Below are positions 57,847 through 64,000 of a stretch of DNA of 64,000 bases, piece after piece. Source of the stretch: an uncultured Gammaproteobacteria bacterium (GTDB lineage Bacteria > Patescibacteriota > Microgenomatia > Levybacterales > GWA1-39-11); assembly GCA_964651815.1 (NCBI GenBank), contig CAZYWG010000002.1, forward strand, positions 92,522 through 156,521, in the 5' to 3' direction. The notes below the pieces were generated by a model. It was not told the origin of the DNA. It made no database searches and worked only from the letters and a program-made list of their open reading frames with translations. The position numbers and the translations under genes are program-made. The stretch's first letter is position 1. Every line of letters starts with the position of its first letter.

Positions 57847-58303
57847 ATCTGACTCCGAGGATAACCGAAGTTTGGCATTTAATTTCTCCCTTAAATATTT
57901 ATCTTTCAGAAATAGAAGCACAAAAGAAGTCTATGATTATCTCATCCGCAAAAACTTTGTTGAAGAAACAATAAATTTTGTTTTAAAAAAATTAGTCGAT
58001 TTGAAGTTTTTAAATGATGAAGAATTTGCAAGGGGCTGGATTGAGTCCAGACAAAAATATAAAAATAAAAGTAAACTAATTTTAAAAAGTGAACTAAGGA
58101 TGAAAGGTTTAAAGGACGATTTAATCCAACCTTTATTAAATGAAGCAAATGAGGATATTGAGACCGCTCGAATACTTTTTGAAAAAAAGAAAAAAACACT
58201 TTCTCGATTTTCACCCGAAGATTTTAAAAAAAAGATGGGAGCATTCTTACAGCGCCGAGGATATTCCTGGGAAATAATTAGTAAATTACTACGTGGAAAT
58301 TAA
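57806..58303 (+). CDS. recX: RecA regulator RecX. The start overlaps the recA 3' end by 41 nt (or 29 nt if Met5 is used).
   Basis: RecX three-helix repeats ([11 protein letters not shown]..., [12 protein letters not shown]). Confidence 0.75.
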   Translation: MLKSMKTKKNWPPRSDSEDNRSLAFNFSLKYLSFRNRSTKEVYDYLIRKNFVEETINFVLKKLVDLKFLNDEEFARGWIESRQKYKNKSKLILKSELRMKGLKDDLIQPLLNEANEDIETARILFEKKKKTLSRFSPEDFKKKMGAFLQRRGYSWEIISKLLRGN

Positions 58304-58749
58304 CGTTTTGGAGATTGCTTCTTGCGGCGAGCCTTGCCACCCATTCCAACTTTTCTTCTTTCCCTAATCCTTGCATCTCTTGTCAAATATCCTTTGTCGC
58401 GGAGAAGTTTGTGGTATTTCTCGCGGTCCATCTTGTCAAGTGCACGTGCCATTCCAAGAACAACAGCATCAAGCTGTCCTGATGGTCCTCCACCGGCAAC
58501 CTTTATAGTAAACGTGAATTTTCCGGATGAATCCGTTTCTACTAATAGCTTATTGTATGTTGGTGCGTATGCAAAAAATTTGAAGTATTCGTTAATTGGT
58601 TTTTCATTAACAAATATGTCACCTTTTTTAAGTTCAACCCCTCCATAAGTCACTTTTACATTAGGAGTGTGTAAACGAACGCGTGCAACTGCTTCACGTC
58701 TACGCCCTACTGAAAGAATATATTGTTTTGTACTAGTTGTTTTTGCCAT
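58300..58749 (-). CDS. rpsI: 30S ribosomal protein S9
   Basis: GGGPSGQLDAVVLGMARAL, with the C-terminal K/R tail. Confidence 0.95.
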   Translation of the reverse strand: MAKTTSTKQYILSVGRRREAVARVRLHTPNVKVTYGGVELKKGDIFVNEKPINEYFKFFAYAPTYNKLLVETDSSGKFTFTIKVAGGGPSGQLDAVVLGMARALDKMDREKYHKLLRDKGYLTRDARIRERRKVGMGGKARRKKQSPKR

Positions 58750-58751
58750 AA

Positions 58752-59201
58752 CTATGCTGTTTTGCTTTGAACGTCAGTTGCAGTTTTAAATTTTTCTGCA
58801 TATTTATGTTCCGGTCCTGCAAAAATATAAAGTCTTTTGAGCATTGAATCCTTTAATTTATTTTTAGGAAGCATTCCTGCAACTGCATGACGAATTATCT
58901 CTCCGGGCTTTTGCTCACGGTATTCCTTTACAGTTATTTTTCTGAGTCCGCTTGGGTATCCGGAATATCTTGTGTAAACTTTATCCGTTTCTTTTTTTCC
59001 GGTTAATACAACTTCTTGCGCGTTTATTATAACTACAAAATCACCGCAATCAAGATTTTTTGCAAAATATGCCTTACCCTTACCCATTAAGAGCTGGGCA
59101 ATTTGAGTTGCTGTTCTTCCCAAATTTTTTTGTTTGAGATCAATAAGATGCCACTTTCTCTCAATATCGGTTGTTTTTGTAGGTATAGTTGTTTTTTTCA
59201 T
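58752..59201 (-). CDS. rplM: 50S ribosomal protein L13
   Basis: WHLIDLKQKNLGRTATQIAQLL. Confidence 0.95.
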   Translation of the reverse strand: MKKTTIPTKTTDIERKWHLIDLKQKNLGRTATQIAQLLMGKGKAYFAKNLDCGDFVVIINAQEVVLTGKKETDKVYTRYSGYPSGLRKITVKEYREQKPGEIIRHAVAGMLPKNKLKDSMLKRLYIFAGPEHKYAEKFKTATDVQSKTA

Positions 59202-59734
59202 TATTTTGAACCTTTTTTACCTTTTGATCCCGATTTAATCGGGATTGATTTTGGTTTTTCGTTGGATTTTGCCGCTGCTTTCTCTTTTTTGGGGGTTTTA
59301 GCAGAACTTTCTGTTGTTGAAGTTTTATTTTCTTTTTTTGTCTTATTTCTTTTTTCAAGTGACACTGATGTTATAGAGACTTCTTCAACCCATGAAAGTA
59401 AAACCATTTTTGCTCCGTCTTTATCTCTTGCCCCAAGTCTCATAATTCTAGTGTACCCACCTGGACGTGTTGAAAATAAAGGTGCAATTTCTTTTATTAT
59501 TTTCTCGGTTACTTTTTCGTTTGCTATTTTGGAGAGTATAAGACCTTTTGCTTCTTCACCCTTATTTTTAGCAGTAGTAACAAGCTTTTCAACCTCACCT
59601 TTAATGGACTTTGCTTTGGCTTCAGTGGTTCTTATTTTTCCCTGAAGAACAAGCCCATGCATAAGACTTCTAAACAAAGCTTTTCTCTCATTTGTATCCC
59701 TTTTTAATCTTCTACCAAATATTCTTTTTCTCAT
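59201..59734 (-). CDS. rplQ: 50S ribosomal protein L17 with a ~60-aa Lys-rich C-terminal tail. Start set at the internal MRKRIFGRRL.
   Basis: L17 core up to ...KMVLLSWVEEV, then SITSVSLEKRNKTKKENK...KGKKGSK. Confidence 0.9.
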   Translation of the reverse strand: MRKRIFGRRLKRDTNERKALFRSLMHGLVLQGKIRTTEAKAKSIKGEVEKLVTTAKNKGEEAKGLILSKIANEKVTEKIIKEIAPLFSTRPGGYTRIMRLGARDKDGAKMVLLSWVEEVSITSVSLEKRNKTKKENKTSTTESSAKTPKKEKAAAKSNEKPKSIPIKSGSKGKKGSK

Positions 59735-59822
59735 ATGATTTTCTTGTCCCGAGTATTGACTCGGGGATAATAAAAAAGCGCCAATTTTTGGACGCTGTTT
59801 TGTAACTGAAAGACTTTTAAAT

Positions 59823-60749
59823 TTAAAAAGTAAGCGTAATTCCACGCGCTTTCAAACTGTCCTCAATTATCGAAAGCGATTTTGCTCCAAGATTTCTGAA
59901 GCCCATAAGTTCTTTTTTGGGAGTATTTAACATGTCAGAAACAGTTTCAATTCCTGCATTCCTGAGCGAATTATAAATTCTTGTTGGTAAATCAAGCTCG
60001 TCAATTGTCATTTTCAAGGCATCATCTGGGAGATTTGACGTAACAACTGCTTTTTCACCATCTGATACTGCGTCTGCTGGCTCGTAAATCTGCTTAAAGT
60101 AAGAAACTAACAGGTTAGAGGCTTGAACGAGAGCATCTTTAGCATCAATTGTCCCGTCTGTCCATATTTCAAGAACGAGTTTATCAAAGTTTGTTTGGCG
60201 GCCAACACGAGTTTGCTCAACTTTATAATTAACACGCATTATTGGGGAAAAAATTGCGTCAATTGGAATTACCCCTACTGTTGAAATTTTTCTATCTTCT
60301 GCAAGCGAGTATCCTGTTCCACGCTCAACTGTCATTTCCATGCTGATTTTAGATTTTTTGTCGGCGAGAGATCCAAGATAATGTTTTGGATCAACAACTT
60401 CAACACCCTCTGAGACTTCAATTGCTGCGGCTGTTACTTCTCCAGGCCCTGTAGCTGAAAGAGTAATACGGGCTTCCTCTTGATCTTCGGCAAGCTTTAC
60501 ACGAAGAGTTTTGATATTCAAAACGAGCTCAATAATATCTTCGCGAAGACCAGGAAGTGTAGAAAAAAGGTGACGAACCCCATCAATTTTAACTGATGTA
60601 ACGGCTGCTCCGTGAATATTTGTCAAAAGGACTCGGCGGATAGCAACGCCTAGAGTTTGTCCAAAACCAGGTTCAAGTGGCTCAATTACAAAGCGGGCAT
60701 AGCCTTGTTCTTTCTTTTCTTCGATTGTTTTAAATTTGGGACTATTCAT
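59823..60749 (-). CDS. rpoA: DNA-directed RNA polymerase alpha subunit
   Basis: N-terminal domain and alpha-CTD (ELDLPTRIYNSLRNAGIETV). Confidence 0.95.
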   Translation of the reverse strand: MNSPKFKTIEEKKEQGYARFVIEPLEPGFGQTLGVAIRRVLLTNIHGAAVTSVKIDGVRHLFSTLPGLREDIIELVLNIKTLRVKLAEDQEEARITLSATGPGEVTAAAIEVSEGVEVVDPKHYLGSLADKKSKISMEMTVERGTGYSLAEDRKISTVGVIPIDAIFSPIMRVNYKVEQTRVGRQTNFDKLVLEIWTDGTIDAKDALVQASNLLVSYFKQIYEPADAVSDGEKAVVTSNLPDDALKMTIDELDLPTRIYNSLRNAGIETVSDMLNTPKKELMGFRNLGAKSLSIIEDSLKARGITLTF

Positions 60750-60772
60750 CTTATAAGATTAACATTTTACCA

Positions 60773-61372
60773 TTATCTAGAGTAAAATTCAATGACCAAT
60801 TGGTAGTTAACCGGATTGGCAACATCATCTTTTTTTGGCATACGTAATAGCTTTCCGGTTGCTTCATTCTTTTCAATAAAAGGTGGTATTTCGGTTAATT
60901 CGTCGAGTCTTGCTTTAAGTTCTTCATTCTGGAACTTTCCAGTGATACTAACAACCTCACCTACTTTTACAGAATATGAAGGTATATTTAACTTTTTCCC
61001 ATTCACGAGTACATGCCTATGCGAAACAAGTTGTCTTGCATGCGCCCTGCTTTTTCCAAGCCCGAGCCTATAAACTACATTATCCAGGCGGGTTTCTAAT
61101 TGTTGAACAAGAATATCTATTGTGTTTTCTTTTGCTTTCTGGGCAACTAATGCATAATTTTTAAACTTTCTTTCTGACAAGCCATAAGTTCTCTTTAATT
61201 TCTGCTTTTCACGAAGCTGAATACCGAATTCAGAAAGTTTTCTTACTCTTTTTTTGCCGTGAGCACCCGGCATAACATTAAGTCTTCGCTCAAGTGAAGG
61301 CGAAACCTTACCCAGGATGTTTGTCCCTTCCCGTCTTGCTAATTTATGTTTTGGTCCTGTATATCGTGCCAT
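60773..61372 (-). CDS. rpsD: 30S ribosomal protein S4
   Basis: MARYTGPKHKLARREG; S4 domain. Confidence 0.95.
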   Translation of the reverse strand: MARYTGPKHKLARREGTNILGKVSPSLERRLNVMPGAHGKKRVRKLSEFGIQLREKQKLKRTYGLSERKFKNYALVAQKAKENTIDILVQQLETRLDNVVYRLGLGKSRAHARQLVSHRHVLVNGKKLNIPSYSVKVGEVVSITGKFQNEELKARLDELTEIPPFIEKNEATGKLLRMPKKDDVANPVNYQLVIEFYSR

Positions 61373-61375
61373 ATT

Positions 61376-61771
61376 TTAAACTCTTCTTTTCTTTTTCATC
61401 CTAGGCCCATTGTGCGGAATAGGCGTAATATCAGCTATCATAGAGATGGAAAGACCAGAATTTCTAATAGCCCGTAGCGCCGCGTCCCGCCCAACACCTG
61501 GACCTTTTATAAATACTTCAACAGCTGAAATTCCTGTTTCTCGCACTCGTTTTATTGCTTCCTCAACGGCTGACGTTGCAGCAAATGGAGTACTTTTTCG
61601 TGTCCCTTTAAACCCCATGTTCCCGGATGATGACCAAGCGACTGCATCTCCTTTTTCATTAGTAATAGTCACGATTGTATTATTAAATGTAGTAGAAACA
61701 TAAATTCTACCCAAGTCCATAGCGACTATTTTTTTTGCTTTTTTGTTAACTACTGGTGCTTTTCTTGCCAT
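61376..61771 (-). CDS. rpsK: 30S ribosomal protein S11
   Basis: S11 signature GFKGTRKSTPFAA. Confidence 0.95.
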   Translation of the reverse strand: MARKAPVVNKKAKKIVAMDLGRIYVSTTFNNTIVTITNEKGDAVAWSSSGNMGFKGTRKSTPFAATSAVEEAIKRVRETGISAVEVFIKGPGVGRDAALRAIRNSGLSISMIADITPIPHNGPRMKKKRRV

Positions 61772-61782
61772 ATTAATTTCGT

Positions 61783-62178
61783 TTACTTTGCAACAAGTCC
61801 CATCTTGACTGCAACTTCCTTCTTAATAGCTCCAATTGTGACACGCTTACCCCTTTTTGTACGTGCGTTTGACCTTGTCCGCTGCCCCCTAACGGGTAAG
61901 TTTTTGGCGTGGCGATTGCCTCGATATGAATTAATTTCACGAAGTCTTTTAACGTTTCCGGCAATTTCAGCTTTTAAATCACCCTCAATTTTATAAGTTT
62001 CGAGTGCTTTTTGGACTCTATTGAGTTCTTCTTCACTCAATGTTTTGAGACGTCTTTCAGGCGCAATTTTCGCCTTTTCTAACAACCCACCCACATTTGA
62101 CCTACCTATACCATATATATAGGTTAATGCTATATCTATTCTTTTTTCTTCCGGTACATTTACTCCAACAACTCTCAT
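61783..62178 (-). CDS. rpsM: 30S ribosomal protein S13
   Basis: MRVVGVNVPEEKRIDIALTYIYGIG. Confidence 0.95.
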   Translation of the reverse strand: MRVVGVNVPEEKRIDIALTYIYGIGRSNVGGLLEKAKIAPERRLKTLSEEELNRVQKALETYKIEGDLKAEIAGNVKRLREINSYRGNRHAKNLPVRGQRTRSNARTKRGKRVTIGAIKKEVAVKMGLVAK

Positions 62179-62209
62179 ATATTTTGTTTGTTTTGCTAAA
62201 TTTTTGGGA

Positions 62210-62428
62210 TTAACGAACCCTGTAGGTTATTCTGCCTCTTTCGCGGTCATAAGGGGTCATCTCAACTCTTACTCTGTCTCCCGGCAGAATTTTTATAAAA
62301 TGAATTCTCATTTTTCCTGACAGATGACATAATACAAGTTTCCCCCCTTCTATTTCAACCCGAAACAAAGTGTTTGGCAAAACCTCTTTTACAATTCCCT
62401 CAAGTTCAATTGCCCCAGAATGCGCCAT
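62210..62428 (-). CDS. infA: Translation initiation factor IF-1. Start set at [11 protein letters not shown], giving 72 aa.
   Basis: S1-like OB fold: [25 protein letters not shown]. Confidence 0.9.
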   Translation of the reverse strand: MAHSGAIELEGIVKEVLPNTLFRVEIEGGKLVLCHLSGKMRIHFIKILPGDRVRVEMTPYDRERGRITYRVR

Positions 62429-62534
62429 ATAGTTTTTCCCAAAATTAAAATCTTGGGGCTCCAAATCTCTGCATAGATAAGAGCTTTTTTAACTTCCTGA
62501 TATTTTACCAAATTACGCACAACTTATCAACAAG

Positions 62535-63314
62535 TTATAACTTATCCCCTTTTAGGCGAGTTATAAACTCCGGACCGTCTTTTGTCACTAAAATAGTCCT
62601 TTCAAACAAACCTGAAAGGCTTCCGTCTTCTGTAACAATTGTCCAATCGTCCAGACCCGAATAAACAACACCTGCTTTCCCTTGATTGTAAATAATTTCT
62701 ATCGCAATTGTTTGGCCTTCCGAAAGTCGTGGCGTTTCTTCGATTTTACCACTGAGATATCCGGGAATTTCAGGCGCCTCATGAAGATTTTTCCCAACTC
62801 CGTGCCCAACTAAATTTTTAACTACTGAGTATCCTCCGCCTTGGATAACTTTTTGCATGGCTGAGGAAATATTTCCAACATGATTTCCAGCTTTCGCTTC
62901 TTTTATTCCTTCAAACATAGCGCGCTTTCCCGCTAATAGAAAACGGTCGATATCCATTTCTGTCTTCTGTCTCCTGTCTTCTGTCTCACCGACTCTCACA
63001 GTCTCCGCCATATCCGTATGATACCCTTCGTAAAATACTCCGCAATCAATTCCCACCACATCACCGTCCTTAATAACTCTTTCTGTTGGAATGCCGTGTA
63101 CAACAATATCATTTACTGATATGCAAATTGTATGTTTGTAGCCTGGGACTTTTTTGAAACCCGGTTCGCCGCCTTGTTCATGTATCAATTTTTCTGCAAG
63201 CCTGTCTATCTCAATTTCTGTTATTCCGGGGCGAACAGCAGAGGTTACTTTGTATAAAACGTCTCCAAGAATTTTTCCAGCATGACGCATTTTCTTAATC
63301 TTTGTGTGATTCAT
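62535..63314 (-). CDS. map: Methionine aminopeptidase type I
   Basis: MetAP metal ligands (D..D..H..E..E pattern), HGVGKNLHEAP. Confidence 0.9.
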   Translation of the reverse strand: MNHTKIKKMRHAGKILGDVLYKVTSAVRPGITEIEIDRLAEKLIHEQGGEPGFKKVPGYKHTICISVNDIVVHGIPTERVIKDGDVVGIDCGVFYEGYHTDMAETVRVGETEDRRQKTEMDIDRFLLAGKRAMFEGIKEAKAGNHVGNISSAMQKVIQGGGYSVVKNLVGHGVGKNLHEAPEIPGYLSGKIEETPRLSEGQTIAIEIIYNQGKAGVVYSGLDDWTIVTEDGSLSGLFERTILVTKDGPEFITRLKGDKL

Positions 63315-63316
63315 AT

Positions 63317-63856
63317 TTACGCAATATTAAGAACGCGGCAAATTTCCTTGTGGATTTCATCAATATCCTTTTCACCATCAATGTCATGGAGAATCTCTTT
63401 TTCGCGATAATATTCCAGAACCGGTTCCGTAAATTTATGAAATAATTCTATTCTTTTTTGTAGTGCTGGTGGTGTTTCGTCTTCACGGCCATCATTACGG
63501 ATAGTTAATCTGTGTAAAGCAGTTTCGTCTGTTACTTTGATATAAATAACTGCAGCTATCCCATTTTTAAATGCTTCGGCCTGACCACGAGTCCTCGGGA
63601 ATCCATCCAAGATATAGCCTTTTTTATATTCTGGGCGTGATAAATATTCTTCAACAACCTCAAGCGTTTTCTCGTCGGGAATAAGATAGCCTGCATTCAT
63701 TGTCTCTTTTATATACCGTCCAAGAGAATCATGCTCTTTTGCCATTTCCCTAAATATATGCCCCGTAGAAAGGTATGGGATGTTAAGCTTTTCGGAAAGT
63801 AAATTCCCCTGTGTAGATTTACCTGACCCTTGTATTCCAATGAGTACTATTTTCAT
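63317..63856 (-). CDS. adk: Adenylate kinase (short LID, no zinc ribbon)
   Basis: GIQGSGKSTQ P-loop. Confidence 0.95.
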   Translation of the reverse strand: MKIVLIGIQGSGKSTQGNLLSEKLNIPYLSTGHIFREMAKEHDSLGRYIKETMNAGYLIPDEKTLEVVEEYLSRPEYKKGYILDGFPRTRGQAEAFKNGIAAVIYIKVTDETALHRLTIRNDGREDETPPALQKRIELFHKFTEPVLEYYREKEILHDIDGEKDIDEIHKEICRVLNIA

Positions 63857-64000
63857 TCTTTTGCGCCAAACCTGTCGTAATTTCTTTGTACCAAATTAAC
63901 TTCCAAAATTTTGATTGTCTCTATTAAGACTGAAACGACGATTAGAATACTTGTCCCTCCAATTATTAAAGATGAGATGCCTGTCATTGCACGGACCACG
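63853..64000 (-). CDS. secY: Preprotein translocase SecY, C-terminal ~49 aa (partial; runs off the window)
   Basis: Minus-strand translation ...VVRAMTGISSLIIGGTSILIVVSVLIETIKILEVNLVQRNYDRFGAKE*. The stop overlaps the adk start (ATGA). Confidence 0.8.
   Translation of the reverse strand, partial: VVRAMTGISSLIIGGTSILIVVSVLIETIKILEVNLVQRNYDRFGAKE

Noticed and set aside
59746-59764. 7-bp hairpin (CCCGAGT-attg-ACTCGGG) between rpoA and rplQ
   Set aside because: A plausible processing or attenuation hairpin, common in ribosomal operons. Nothing distinguishes it as unusual.
1-64000. CRISPR arrays, transposases, integrases, phage genes
   Set aside because: No regularly spaced repeat-spacer arrays and no recognisable mobile-element proteins were seen. 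The window appears to be core chromosome.

Overview
This window is AT-rich and gene-dense, and reads like a reduced-genome bacterium, possibly Patescibacteria/CPR-like; that placement is an inference from gene content and ribosomal-protein features, not a computed result. Almost everything is single-copy housekeeping, with no integrase, transposase or CRISPR array seen. Recognisable genes, in window order, are carB (5' part) and carA, then a MASE1-PAS-PAS histidine kinase with a lone receiver, followed by a DEAD-box helicase with an RRM protein and an ECF sigma / putative anti-sigma pair. Next come secA, serS, an ITPase, an MFS transporter, an rRNA-methyltransferase-like protein, lysS with a C-terminal B3/4-like extension, and a complete seven-gene lysine-biosynthesis operon of the DapL variant (lysC-dapB-dapA-asd-dapL-lysA-dapF) bracketed by two near-identical CCCCTC/GAGGGG terminator hairpins. 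Further along are greA, a VanW protein, tsaD, topA, a SpoU methyltransferase convergent with a clear bacterial SET-domain protein, rmuC next to a UvrD helicase fused to a 4-Cys PD-(D/E)XK nuclease, and an RNase P RNA that the ORF track covers with spurious ORFs. The last third holds miaA, HU, a TM-less RNase Y, glycerate kinase with a split transketolase and an FAD oxidase, tRNA-Pro(GGG), recA-recX, and an rpsI-rplM-rplQ-rpoA-rpsD-rpsK-rpsM-infA-map-adk-secY(3' end) block that lacks rpmJ. The candidates I find most novel are a Lys-codon-rich uORF with an attenuator-like leader upstream of secA, the SET-domain protein, the LysRS-B3/4 fusion, the hairpin-bracketed lysine operon, and a U-run hairpin just upstream of carA. 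All coordinates are hand-derived from the sequence; no searches or folding could be run.
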